Part shown: one piece after another, positions 1-10,391 of the stretch
Position numbering within the stretch: position 1 is the stretch's first letter
Layout: every line of letters starts with the position of its first letter
Source: a virus
Lineage: Duplodnaviria > Caudoviricetes
Virus record (IMG/VR): IMGVR_UViG_3300027126_000252
Coordinates: 1 to 53,733 of that record
Direction: 5' to 3' (one strand)
Length of the DNA: 53,733 nucleotides
Position numbers and translations under genes: made by a program
The notes under the pieces: model-generated
Seen by the model: the letters and a program-made list of their open reading frames with translations, nothing else
Database searches by the model: none
What the model was told of the DNA's origin: nothing

Positions 1-178
1 TTTCTAATAAAGAAGTTTGGATACTTGTTTGGAGATTTGCAACAGTAGAAGAAGGTGATAATGTAGATTTAACAAAATCAGGTTCATCTAGGAAGTATCT
101 TCCATTCATAGAGATAGGACTAAGATTGGAAGAAACTTGTTGGACTATGGAGTCATCTTTTCTATTTACGATTATCAT
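1..178 (-). CDS. Partial CDS (5' end), probably virion/tail-associated hypothetical protein, runs off the window
   Basis: ATG at 178 preceded by AAGGA; frame is open to the window edge (MIIVNRKDDSIVQQVSSNLSPISMNGRYF...); directly downstream of the fibre gene on the same strand. Confidence 0.7.
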   Translation of the reverse strand, partial: MIIVNRKDDSIVQQVSSNLSPISMNGRYFLDEPDFVKSTLSPSSTVANLQTSIQTSLLE

Positions 179-192
179 TTATTTAAATTCCT

Positions 193-3100
193 TTAATTGA
201 TAGTTATAGTGCCTGAAGAAGATAATAGCCACCAATTACTACTATAAAAGTATAAAGAGACTGTTCTCTTGTCCACAACAGAATAACTAGTCCCTTCACC
301 ACAGTTGGTTGGAGTTACAGTTATAGTTTGTCCTGTCACATTTTTAATATGTATAACAGAGCCTTCATTTATAGCATCTGCTATTGTAATTACACAACTT
401 GTGTAATTACCTGTCACATGATATAAGTTATACCCTAGAACTAAAGGTTTAGTTTGGGTATTTGCTGTGAAAGTAATTGTCGATATTTTGAGATAAGACA
501 TTAAACCATGACTTATTTTCCAAGTTTGATACCCTTCATCCCATTCGATTGTAGAATTAGTGCCAGCAGTTCTTATTACTTCTATTGCTTTTGCACTTTG
601 ATCTTTATTGGGTTCGATATATATGGCGGGCATCCCATTTGGCACTTCATAAATAGAAGTAGCTGGGGAAATAGAACTCGTATAAGAAGTCCATGTACCT
701 GTTTGAGCTATTACATCACTTAATTTATAAGTGTAATTATATATTAAAGCATTGTTTAGTATGTCATCACTTAAAACGGGAGCATACTCTGTTGTTCCTA
801 TATACATCTTAAAATCATAACCTGCACCTCCAGTGGTGTCTGTTACGATATTTAAGTAATATTCTTCATTGGGGTCTTCCAGATGAGAGTTAAGATGTAT
901 AAGTGCTTGTGCTTGAAAAATAGTTGGAGAATAAGCATCTGTTGTCCTAGCGATGTATCTAGGATATCCAAGAGAAGTATCTTGTTCAAAAGCAAACGGA
1001 GCGTATTGTAAATCTAAATAGATAACTTTTCTAGTAACACCATTATCACTAGATGAAAAGATATAAAAATATTCATTTCTTGTCCTAGACCCTGCGGGAT
1101 ATTCAGCGAAAAGATAATAAATGTTATCTTGTGTTTTGATTTTTAAAGGCTGACTCAATTCCCATCTGTCATAATCCTCCTCCCATCCAATATAAGAATT
1201 TGTTAATAATCCTCTTTCAACTTCTATCGCTCTTACATCTGCTTCATTACCTGAACTTGTCCTATCAGCATTTAATAAAATAGCTGGAGTTGTACTCGTA
1301 GTAAATTTCTCAAATTTTAACTGACCATCTGTATTTAAAAGAATATCTCCCGAAGTGATATTGAGACCAAAATTAAAATCCCATCTATCATTATCTTCAT
1401 CCCATTGAATATAAGAATTTGTTAATAATCCTCTTTCAACTTCTATCGCTCTTACATCAGCTTCTTGACCTGAACTTGTCCTATCAGCATTTAATAAAAT
1501 AGCTGGAGTTGTACTCGTAGTAAATTTCTCAAACTTAACTTGACTATCTGTATTTAAGTAGAAACCAAAATTAAAATCCCATCTATCATTATCTTCATCC
1601 CATTGAATATAAGAATTTGTTAATAATCCTCTTTCAACTTCTAAAACTCTTACATCTGCTTCATTACCTGAACTTGTCCTATCAGCATTTAATAAAATAG
1701 CTGGAGTAGTAGATGTAGTAAATTTCTCAAATTTTAACTGACTATCTGTATTTAAGTAGAAACCAAAATTGAAATCCCATCTGTCATTAGTCTCATCCCA
1801 TTTGATGTTTGAATTAGTGGAAGTCCCTCTTTCTATTTGAATTGCAATAACAGTATCTGTTGGTGAAGCTACCTCATCACTATTCAATAGAATAGCACCT
1901 ATTGCTGTAAGAAAGGCATTTTTTTCCATCTTTATTATACTAGGTGATTTTAGAAGTAAGGTATTACTAAATTCCCAAAAATCATTAGTCTCATCCCACC
2001 TAATATAACTATTAGTGGATAGACCTCTTTCTACTTCTATTGCTATTACATCTGAACTAGCAACGCCTGTTTCATCAGCATTTAATAAAATAGCTGGAGT
2101 TGTACCTGTAGTGAATTTCTCAAATTTTAACTGACTATCTGTATTTAGATAAAAACCAAAATTGAAATCCCATCTATCATTAGTCTCATCCCACTTAAGA
2201 TAACTATTAGTCGAAGAACCTCTCTCTACTTCTAGTGCAATAACATCTGAACTAGCAACGCCTGTTTCATCAGCATTTAATAAAATAGCAGGAGTTGTAG
2301 AGACTGTAAATTTCTCAAATTTTAACTGACTATCTGTATTTAGATAAAGACCAAAATTAAAATCCCATCTATCATTAGTCTCATTCCATAAAATAATAGA
2401 ATTGGTACTAGAACCTCTTGCTACTTCTATCTTAGTATCTCTAGTAGGTATGCCTGAATACTGCTCACTATTCAATAAGATACCATCATCACTATTTATC
2501 TGTATACTACCTTTAGATGCTATCATTATCGTATCAGCAGAACTACTTGAAGTCATTACATATAATGCTTTATTTGTAGCTGTTGTCTCAATATAGGTAT
2601 TCCCATAAATTCTATTAGAAGGCCCATTCATATCAGCATTCACTGTTATAGGGAAATTAAAATTCCAAGAATTATTTGTATCATCCCATTGAATATATGA
2701 ATTTGTACTAGACCCTCTTTCTACTTCTATTTTAGCATCTGACCCACTACCAGACTCATCACTATTTAAGAGAATATCTACATCATGATTTAAACTATTG
2801 TTTAATCTTAAAGTTGAGAGGTAAGGAAAACTAGAACCAGCTAATAGAGTACCTGTTATTACTGCACCTCTCACATCTCTTACTTTATTCGCAGACCAAT
2901 TTGTAGAGTCTATTGTTAATAAATAAGTAAATTCAGATGTTGGAGAAGCATTTACAAGAATTAAACCTGTATATGTAGGAGCAGAACCCAATACGGTAGA
3001 ACTTATATAAAACTGAAATTCATTAAGAGAAACACAAGCAGCATTACTACTTACAGCAATATAATAACTTTTCCCAGACTCTAAATATACAACACCATTT

Positions 3101-4230
3101 ACAGTAGGTGGGTTAGTATTTGAATATGTTACAGCACCTGTCGCTTGATAGTATTTAGCAACATTACTTTCTTCTATGGAATCAAGTGAATATATAGGCA
3201 AGATTTCTCTTGTAACACCATTATCTTTTGAAGAGAATATGTAAAAGTCTTGCCCGTTTGTCAAAGAAACATTAGTATATCTCACATAAATATAATATGG
3301 AGTAAGAGAAAAACCACTTACAGATAGACTTTCAGTAAAATCCCATGCTTCATTATCTTCATCCCAAGTAATCAAAGCACTTGTACTTGCCCCTCTTTTA
3401 ACTTCTATTACAGCATTTGTAGTAGGAGTACCTGATGTCACATTCCAATTTAATACTATTGAGGAAGAACTTTGGTCAGAATGAATATTCAAATTGCCAT
3501 ATTCACCAAAAAATAAACCATTTATATCAAAAAAATGTTCTCCTATTGATACAACACTTGTGCTTACACTAGAAGAAATTACTTGATTTGTCACATCTAG
3601 CGAACTGCCATACATATCCCCTGCTTTAAAAGTAGCATATGTTTTTACTATACCACCACCACTAAAATTAGTAGTTGTACTTGAAGCACCTGTCACTGTT
3701 GCTAATTCAAACTGATTTGAAGTTTCATTCCATATAAATATCGCAGGGTTTTCTGTACTTCCTCTTTGTAAGAATAACCCTGTATCTGTCGAAGCAGTAG
3801 GACTACCACTAGCATTTTTAGCTAATGTTAATACAGGATCTTCCACTACTAATGTTGTTGTATCTATAGTAGTAGTAGTCCCATTAACAGTAAAATTACC
3901 TGCAACAATAGTATCTCCTGTAGCACTATCTACACTAAATACTGTCACATTAGATACATTTTTAACAGAAACATCACCTTTAATTAAGGTATCTCCTGTA
4001 GCGCTGTCTACACTAAATACCGTATTACTAGCTCCATCTTTAACTATTAAATCACCTAATAAATTAAACTGACCTCCAACATTCAATGCACCATCTACTG
4101 TTAAGTAATAATCCACAGTCAAATACCCTGTGATTATGGTATTCCCAAAATCACTGATAAAGATATTATTGGTGATGTTTTTACTAGCACCTGAACCAAT
4201 AATCACATTAGGCAAAGTCTTTATAGGCAT
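193..4230 (-). CDS. Tail fibre / receptor-binding protein built from repeated modules (1345 aa)
   Basis: S/T/G/N-rich beta-type composition; N-terminal 'GNFTVNGTTTTIDTTTLVVEDP' fibre-like segment; 11 copies of an (I/L)EVxRG-x4-5-(I/L)xW(D/N)E motif; lies in the baseplate operon. Confidence 0.8.
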   Translation of the reverse strand: MPIKTLPNVIIGSGASKNITNNIFISDFGNTIITGYLTVDYYLTVDGALNVGGQFNLLGDLIVKDGASNTVFSVDSATGDTLIKGDVSVKNVSNVTVFSVDSATGDTIVAGNFTVNGTTTTIDTTTLVVEDPVLTLAKNASGSPTASTDTGLFLQRGSTENPAIFIWNETSNQFELATVTGASSTTTNFSGGGIVKTYATFKAGDMYGSSLDVTNQVISSSVSTSVVSIGEHFFDINGLFFGEYGNLNIHSDQSSSSIVLNWNVTSGTPTTNAVIEVKRGASTSALITWDEDNEAWDFTESLSVSGFSLTPYYIYVRYTNVSLTNGQDFYIFSSKDNGVTREILPIYSLDSIEESNVAKYYQATGAVTYSNTNPPTVNGVVYLESGKSYYIAVSSNAACVSLNEFQFYISSTVLGSAPTYTGLILVNASPTSEFTYLLTIDSTNWSANKVRDVRGAVITGTLLAGSSFPYLSTLRLNNSLNHDVDILLNSDESGSGSDAKIEVERGSSTNSYIQWDDTNNSWNFNFPITVNADMNGPSNRIYGNTYIETTATNKALYVMTSSSSADTIMIASKGSIQINSDDGILLNSEQYSGIPTRDTKIEVARGSSTNSIILWNETNDRWDFNFGLYLNTDSQLKFEKFTVSTTPAILLNADETGVASSDVIALEVERGSSTNSYLKWDETNDRWDFNFGFYLNTDSQLKFEKFTTGTTPAILLNADETGVASSDVIAIEVERGLSTNSYIRWDETNDFWEFSNTLLLKSPSIIKMEKNAFLTAIGAILLNSDEVASPTDTVIAIQIERGTSTNSNIKWDETNDRWDFNFGFYLNTDSQLKFEKFTTSTTPAILLNADRTSSGNEADVRVLEVERGLLTNSYIQWDEDNDRWDFNFGFYLNTDSQVKFEKFTTSTTPAILLNADRTSSGQEADVRAIEVERGLLTNSYIQWDEDNDRWDFNFGLNITSGDILLNTDGQLKFEKFTTSTTPAILLNADRTSSGNEADVRAIEVERGLLTNSYIGWEEDYDRWELSQPLKIKTQDNIYYLFAEYPAGSRTRNEYFYIFSSSDNGVTRKVIYLDLQYAPFAFEQDTSLGYPRYIARTTDAYSPTIFQAQALIHLNSHLEDPNEEYYLNIVTDTTGGAGYDFKMYIGTTEYAPVLSDDILNNALIYNYTYKLSDVIAQTGTWTSYTSSISPATSIYEVPNGMPAIYIEPNKDQSAKAIEVIRTAGTNSTIEWDEGYQTWKISHGLMSYLKISTITFTANTQTKPLVLGYNLYHVTGNYTSCVITIADAINEGSVIHIKNVTGQTITVTPTNCGEGTSYSVVDKRTVSLYFYSSNWWLLSSSGTITIN
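1160..2440 (-). repeat. Intragenic tandem repeats of about 195-219 bp (65-73 aa) in the fibre gene
   Basis: TATAAGAATTTGTTAATAATCCTCTTTCAACTTCT recurs at about 1191, 1410 and 1608; ATAACTATTAGT recurs at 2005 and 2200; protein unit AILLNAD...EVERG..TNSYIxWDE.NDRWDFNFG.YLNTDSQLKFEKFT. Confidence 0.95.
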
Positions 4231-4234
4231 TTTC

Positions 4235-7200
4235 TTACCCTCCTATTAGTATTCTGTTTTTAGTGGAATATACACTTGCTATAGTACGATCTCCTGAAGC
4301 TACATAATTTGAAGCATCTAACTCAGAATATCGACTTATTAAAACTAACACGACCTCATCTGCTGAAAACAAAAGACTTTGTGCTTTCACCCTACATAAC
4401 ATAGGTATCACTGTCTTATGTTGAGATGCCCCACTTAATGGAGTTGTATATACTGCTGTACCATCTACATCTGTATATACAACCCTACTTTGACCATCTT
4501 TATCTACACCATCTAAAGTTAAATCAGCTGATATATCTAAAGGTGTTAAGATACTTAATTTTAATAAACCTGTGTTAATATTGAAATCACCTGTTGATAT
4601 AACCCCACTCGCTTTCAAATCCCATTCTTTTAATGACCCCAAAGCAGGATCAAAAGGTATCTGATCTCCAGGTGAATGATAGGGATAAGAAATCTCAGTT
4701 CCACCTTTACCTAATTGTATTGAATACATAAAGTTAGAACCAACTAAAGGCTCTAATTCAAGTGGCTCAGACACAATATCTGTTACAAGACCAGCTTTAG
4801 CACCTGCAGTCTGTGGTGCTAATGACCTATAATACAACATCATCTCATTTTGAGTGTTAATTGCATTTAAAGGATAATACTCAACATTAACTAGTACTTG
4901 AGCTGAACTTAACCCACTCACACTTAAGACCCCACTAGAAGACCCATATTCACTAGCTAAACTAGCTGTTAGTAATCCAGGTGTCGTTACTTCCTCATAT
5001 TTAGGATTGTATGTAGAATCTAATAGTTCCTTATATACTTTGTTTGGATTTGTTTCACTTGAAAAAGAAGGAACAACTCCATAAGGTTTATAAGGTAATC
5101 TTATTGTAGTGGCATTTAAACTAACTAAAGTGTCTGTTATCTTATCCCCTAAATATTCTACTAACCATTCCCTATATCCTTCTCTTAAAGCATATAACAT
5201 ACAATTATCAAGACCCACATTATCAGTAGGTCTATTTGCAGTATCTACTTCTACTATAGACCCTTGACCATAAATAGCACTAGCATCTAGATAATCTTCC
5301 ATACTAGGTGTCATGGTTAAACCATTACCTTCAGGATAATTGATTGCTAAAGAAATAAAAATTCTTCTAGGACTACCATTATCGGAAAGACCTGCCCCTA
5401 CAAAAGGATAATTTGGATTAGTAGCATCTCCACCATTTACTTCTACCCCATTATCTCCTAAAACTAAATTCACCAATGTAGTCCCTAAACCTGTTATAGA
5501 TTGAAACACTACAAAAGGCTCTTGGGGAGAGGATGTATGACCTTCGTCATGCCATGCTTCAATAACATCTATAATACAAGTCCCTGCAGGACAAACATCT
5601 GTAAAATAGACAGGTGTCCCCCCAGCATCTATAAAATCAGATAATACTCTAGTCACATCTAATTTACTTAAATCTATTTCTATAGAATCATCCATATGCC
5701 ACTTTGTACGACCAACAAGACCAGGTGTAACGGTTACAAAATCAGTTGCTGTGTCAGGGTATAACTCTATAACTAACCTATCTATTACAGGATGTGATGA
5801 AAATCTCCTCCTCACATGGTCAAATGAACCTATTTCATTACCATAAGGACTTGCTGTTGTACCGATCTGATCGCACACCAAAGGTGTATGACTCACATCT
5901 CCACTTCCACCACCTATTTCATTTAAATCACTACCATCCATTTGCCATGTCTTATAATTATTATCTAAAAGACTTTGGAACTGATAATCTAACTCTTTAC
6001 CTAAATCTAAATTATCAACTACCTTTTTTCTCATATCTAATATATCTGTGCTTACTATCTTATCAGCAAATAAACCATCAGGTCTATCACTTACACCTGC
6101 TGAGATTACTGTTAATGCTGGAGGATAAATATAAGAAGATGTAGCACCTGTATGGGTGCTTAATAAAGCACCATTTACATTTGTTAAAGGTACAAACCCT
6201 CCTGTGTTTCTCCTATTTACAAAACAAATAGGGATTGCATAAACATAACCATCTACAGTGTTTAAAGCAGTAGCACTTGTTTGATCTCCATTACCTGCCA
6301 CCCATAAACCACTATCTTGATATGGATAATTCGCATTACTTGATTTAAACTCATAACTTGAATCCACATTTGTTCCCCCACGACTATAAATAGTAGAACT
6401 AAAACCATCAGGATTTACAGTATAATCCACATTTTCTATTACTCTAAATTTATACTGAAATTGTACTCTTTTAGTCGTTTCCCTATTTACAAGGGGGTCT
6501 AAAGTATCATCACTTAACCAAACAGTACTATCAGATTGTGTATTTCCATATAGGTAGATTTTATCTGATGCAGGTTTACCATTACCATCAGACCCACCTG
6601 CAGGTTGTTGAATGATACTGATACTAGCATCTGCACTTATAATAAAGCTATTAGAACTAGCACCCACAGGAAATGTAATAAATACAAAATCTGTACCACG
6701 ACTATCAGCATCTGCTAATCCTGATGTGTTTATAGCATTAGCTAAATTTAAAGCTGTTATATATACACTTGCACCTAAATCAAAATCAGTATCACATACA
6801 AAACTTGTAGCAGGATCAACACCATTATCAAAAGTAATTGTATCTCCACTAGCTATTGTACCTAATACTCTAATTTTAGCAGTTGCAGCTACACTAGGAT
6901 GTACTAATGACCTCCACACCTCTAAAAATACAAAATCTGTTCTCTTACCTGATGATGGGGGGTTAGGTAAAGTGATCTTATTTAATTCCGTTGTGTTATT
7001 TGTATATGCTACTCTAAGTTGTCTATTCGCTACTCTTACATCAAAAGCCGAAATACCTAACACATTAGGATTCTGATTAAAGACATAATCTACAGATATA
7101 TCCTTATTCTTAGATGTAACACCACTAGGTTTATAACCATCTGTCGCTAAATCTCTACTAAGATTTAATTCACTATCTAAGACGGACTTACCTGTCTGAA

Positions 7201-7270
7201 ACACAACAGATTCATAACCTGTTTGTCTAGGGTCTATATTCCTAGATACTGTTGATATATATTTTTTCAT
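4235..7270 (-). CDS. Baseplate/tail structural protein (N-terminus resembles DUF4815-type myophage proteins)
   Basis: N-terminal 'VVFQTGKSVLDSELN' resembles that family's start motif; 'RTDFVFLEVW' and 'RPDGLFAD' segments; position between wedge genes and fibre. Confidence 0.6.
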   Translation of the reverse strand: MKKYISTVSRNIDPRQTGYESVVFQTGKSVLDSELNLSRDLATDGYKPSGVTSKNKDISVDYVFNQNPNVLGISAFDVRVANRQLRVAYTNNTTELNKITLPNPPSSGKRTDFVFLEVWRSLVHPSVAATAKIRVLGTIASGDTITFDNGVDPATSFVCDTDFDLGASVYITALNLANAINTSGLADADSRGTDFVFITFPVGASSNSFIISADASISIIQQPAGGSDGNGKPASDKIYLYGNTQSDSTVWLSDDTLDPLVNRETTKRVQFQYKFRVIENVDYTVNPDGFSSTIYSRGGTNVDSSYEFKSSNANYPYQDSGLWVAGNGDQTSATALNTVDGYVYAIPICFVNRRNTGGFVPLTNVNGALLSTHTGATSSYIYPPALTVISAGVSDRPDGLFADKIVSTDILDMRKKVVDNLDLGKELDYQFQSLLDNNYKTWQMDGSDLNEIGGGSGDVSHTPLVCDQIGTTASPYGNEIGSFDHVRRRFSSHPVIDRLVIELYPDTATDFVTVTPGLVGRTKWHMDDSIEIDLSKLDVTRVLSDFIDAGGTPVYFTDVCPAGTCIIDVIEAWHDEGHTSSPQEPFVVFQSITGLGTTLVNLVLGDNGVEVNGGDATNPNYPFVGAGLSDNGSPRRIFISLAINYPEGNGLTMTPSMEDYLDASAIYGQGSIVEVDTANRPTDNVGLDNCMLYALREGYREWLVEYLGDKITDTLVSLNATTIRLPYKPYGVVPSFSSETNPNKVYKELLDSTYNPKYEEVTTPGLLTASLASEYGSSSGVLSVSGLSSAQVLVNVEYYPLNAINTQNEMMLYYRSLAPQTAGAKAGLVTDIVSEPLELEPLVGSNFMYSIQLGKGGTEISYPYHSPGDQIPFDPALGSLKEWDLKASGVISTGDFNINTGLLKLSILTPLDISADLTLDGVDKDGQSRVVYTDVDGTAVYTTPLSGASQHKTVIPMLCRVKAQSLLFSADEVVLVLISRYSELDASNYVASGDRTIASVYSTKNRILIGG

Positions 7271-7283
7271 CTTATTCTCAACC

Positions 7284-7904
7284 TTAGAATGTTAAGCGCC
7301 ATGTAATAGCTAAAACAGATTGTGATGGCTTATTTATCACAGGAAAAGTTAAGTAATTGATCAATATATCATAATTTGTTAAATCTAATTCCTCATCATA
7401 TTCAGGAAATGCAACAGGATCCCCACCACCATCTAATAAAGGTGTTGTGGTAGCTGGATTTAATGACTTAGGACTTAATAAACCCATCTCATTTAATGCA
7501 CCTACAGCTTCACCCTCATTAAATACTGTTGTAAAATCTACAATCCTTGTAGGTACTGTTGAAATCGCCCCTAAAGCATCCCTATACACTACTGAACTAA
7601 ATGCTTTTCTCTTTATCTCCGTATTTAATCTTCTTTGTCTTTCATCAGCAACAGATGGCACTTGTGCTGTACCTGTTGCTCCTGTACCCACAGCTAACAT
7701 CTTTATAGCATTTCTACTTGTTAATCCACTAAAGAACATAGCACCTAAGATACTGCCATCTAAGGTATATACATTGTTTAATTTAGTCTCAACACCATCT
7801 AAAGTAATAAAGACCTCCCCCTTTACTTTATATCCACCTTCTTCGTTAAACCCAAAACCCATATTAAATCCTGTTTTAGGTTGTCTTATTTTTTCTTGAA
7901 TCAT
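7284..7904 (-). CDS. Baseplate / tail-fibre attachment (collar-like) protein
   Basis: 'MLAVGTG...LNTEIKRK...FTTVF...EAVGALNEMGL...FPVINK...ITWRLTF' pattern typical of small fibre-collar/baseplate proteins; operon context. Confidence 0.6.
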   Translation of the reverse strand: MIQEKIRQPKTGFNMGFGFNEEGGYKVKGEVFITLDGVETKLNNVYTLDGSILGAMFFSGLTSRNAIKMLAVGTGATGTAQVPSVADERQRRLNTEIKRKAFSSVVYRDALGAISTVPTRIVDFTTVFNEGEAVGALNEMGLLSPKSLNPATTTPLLDGGGDPVAFPEYDEELDLTNYDILINYLTFPVINKPSQSVLAITWRLTF

Positions 7905-7922
7905 TTACATAATCTCCTATTG

Positions 7923-10391
7923 TTATAAGTTTATAAGTGTCATTTTTACAACTTCATTTAAAGGCATTGCACTATTGTTTATAATACCACTGCCTAAATT
8001 TAAAGTTAGAGTATATCTATCATTCAATAGATTACTTGTACTATCTCCACCACCATCTAATACAAAATCTACTGCCTGACTACCCTCTTCGTCTTTCCAA
8101 CCAAGAGGACTCACACTATTATTCAAATCATTTAATATATAAAGAGAATCAGTAAATGCTCCACCACTAAACTCCATCTTTAATAACTCATCTTTATATA
8201 AACTAAACTCCCCTTGCACCCCTGAACTCGTCACAGTCTCTTTTATTAAAGATTTTCTGTATATATCTACACCTGTTTTGTTCCCTAAAGGGTCTAACAT
8301 AAATTCATCTACATCAAATTCTATTCTCTCCCCTTGTGGTATATATGCTACTTGACTCTCATTATACTCATTCGCTCTAAACCAATCCCCACTCTGACTT
8401 GTTGTCTTATTCGTTGAACAAACTACATCTATACTTAACCCATCAGCTAAACCACTAAATATAAGCTCAGTTCCCCTTAAAGTATAGCTCGTTATACTTG
8501 TAAGACCATTCTTTACGGAGATAATTTTTATAGGTTTAAAGGGTAATGTGATTTTACCTTCTGCTATTATATAAGTGCCACTAGCATTTGCTATCACCCT
8601 ATGTATAGCATCTATTGTGTCATATTTATTAAGTACAAATTTCTTATTGTTTAAACTTAGTGAAGAATTAGCTTCTGTACTGTTTAAATAGCTAGTGCCA
8701 TGTGATGATAAACTAGCATCTACTCTCTCATAAGTATATGGTTTGTTATAAGACCTTTTATACAAAACTTGGCTATTTGTTATAACTGCTTGCCTATTGT
8801 TTAAAGCATTTTCAGGATATTGTATTAGTCTTGTTTTCCTATGAGCATTTAAAACAAAATTAACATTATTTAATGACCCAAAATTTACTTCATCTGTTTC
8901 ATCTATAGGTATAGAGATTTCTAAGTTCCCGGTATATAAACTATCTAAGACTATTTCTCTTGTAAATGGATTAAAGCTAGTTATTGTTTCACTACAAATT
9001 AAATCACTAGCTAAAATAGGCAATGCTTTAATTGTATAAGGCAAATTTAAAGGTAAAATAAAAGTATCTTCATTATATAAAGATATGTTTAAAGTCCTAT
9101 AAGTGATTTGTCTTGTTTTATAGCTTATATCTATAATTTCTATATCGACTAAACCTGTGGTATCTAAAGGTAAGTTTAGCTTAATTTCATAGGCTTGTAG
9201 TTTTATGTGATCTTCTGTTATAAGTGAAACAAAGTAAGGTTTATTATTTACAAGTACAAATTCACCTTCATAGATAGGTTGAGTAGGGGTTAAGACTAAA
9301 TTACCATTTACGATATTAGCTGTGCCTGTATAACTCAATCTAGTGAAATTAAAACTAGCATTAGTAAAGTTTGAAGGTGTTTTTAAAGTGATAGAAACAA
9401 CTTTACGGATAGTGTCATCTAATTTAATTCTATCATTTTTTCTAGCTATTGTCTTAAAAACATAGAGTTTATTCGAGGGGTCCGCATAGCCTGTAATAAT
9501 AGATGTATGAACCCCTAAATCTGTCTTTCTGAGGTCTTCTTGATGATATAAACCCATAGTTAAAAGGTCTAAAGTATCAGTAGGGTTATTTACAACATCT
9601 TTAATAATAGAAGAAATAGGATTATCAAAAGTGACATGGGCAGGTTTAGTTTTAAGTAAAAGTTTATATAAGAGTTCTTGTAGGAATATAACATCTTGAC
9701 TTAAACCATAAATAATCTCATGTGTATGTAAATCACCATTACGATCTTTTGTAGCTTCTACAACACCATTAAAAATATTATGTGTATGTAAATCATCACC
9801 CCAATCATTACCTATAGGTGATGATGTAATACCGAAACCGTTTTCTTTTGAGAATACAATATGATTATGCTCATTTACTGTATCTGTGGTAGCTAAACTT
9901 GTTATTAAGGCTTCTATTATAAAGGGAGCTATATGATTTATTTCTACTTGTGAATTTACATCCTGCTTATTTAATAAGTCTACAATAGGTGCTTGTCTTG
10001 ACCCTTGTAGTAAAGCTTCTAATAAATCTAATAAGATTTGTTTAAGTTGTTTGGCATTAGAGATAATAAATCTCTCATCAGGATTTAGGAATAAAACTGT
10101 ATATAGTTTATCATATAGAAATTCATCCCTTAACTGAGAATAGTCTATATCCTCTACAATATCTAATTGTTCAGCTAGTAAAGAGGCTAAGATTTCTCCT
10201 ATACCTAAATATAAAACACGATTATTAGACCCATATTCAGAAGAGTAATTTGAAGCTAGGGATCCTGATAAGCTATTAGCAATACTTATAGCTAAAGAGT
10301 CTTCAAAATTTCTTCTCTCTTGTGATTTAACACCTATTGGGTCAGTAAATTCTCTTGGGATTGTAGGGTAAAAAGGTAATTTATTACTCAT
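7923..10391 (-). CDS. Baseplate wedge protein (P2 gpI / Mu gp48-like N-terminal domain, long C-terminal extension)
   Basis: 'KTKPAHV' KPAH motif characteristic of the gpI/gp48 family; immediately follows the baseplate J-like gene (4-nt overlap). Confidence 0.6.
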   Translation of the reverse strand: MSNKLPFYPTIPREFTDPIGVKSQERRNFEDSLAISIANSLSGSLASNYSSEYGSNNRVLYLGIGEILASLLAEQLDIVEDIDYSQLRDEFLYDKLYTVLFLNPDERFIISNAKQLKQILLDLLEALLQGSRQAPIVDLLNKQDVNSQVEINHIAPFIIEALITSLATTDTVNEHNHIVFSKENGFGITSSPIGNDWGDDLHTHNIFNGVVEATKDRNGDLHTHEIIYGLSQDVIFLQELLYKLLLKTKPAHVTFDNPISSIIKDVVNNPTDTLDLLTMGLYHQEDLRKTDLGVHTSIITGYADPSNKLYVFKTIARKNDRIKLDDTIRKVVSITLKTPSNFTNASFNFTRLSYTGTANIVNGNLVLTPTQPIYEGEFVLVNNKPYFVSLITEDHIKLQAYEIKLNLPLDTTGLVDIEIIDISYKTRQITYRTLNISLYNEDTFILPLNLPYTIKALPILASDLICSETITSFNPFTREIVLDSLYTGNLEISIPIDETDEVNFGSLNNVNFVLNAHRKTRLIQYPENALNNRQAVITNSQVLYKRSYNKPYTYERVDASLSSHGTSYLNSTEANSSLSLNNKKFVLNKYDTIDAIHRVIANASGTYIIAEGKITLPFKPIKIISVKNGLTSITSYTLRGTELIFSGLADGLSIDVVCSTNKTTSQSGDWFRANEYNESQVAYIPQGERIEFDVDEFMLDPLGNKTGVDIYRKSLIKETVTSSGVQGEFSLYKDELLKMEFSGGAFTDSLYILNDLNNSVSPLGWKDEEGSQAVDFVLDGGGDSTSNLLNDRYTLTLNLGSGIINNSAMPLNEVVKMTLINL

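Noticed and set aside
193-4230. Diversity-generating retroelement or CRISPR array in the repeats
   Set aside because: Repeats are in-frame coding units, differences are not adenine-specific, there is no repeat-spacer structure, and no reverse transcriptase or cas gene is in the window
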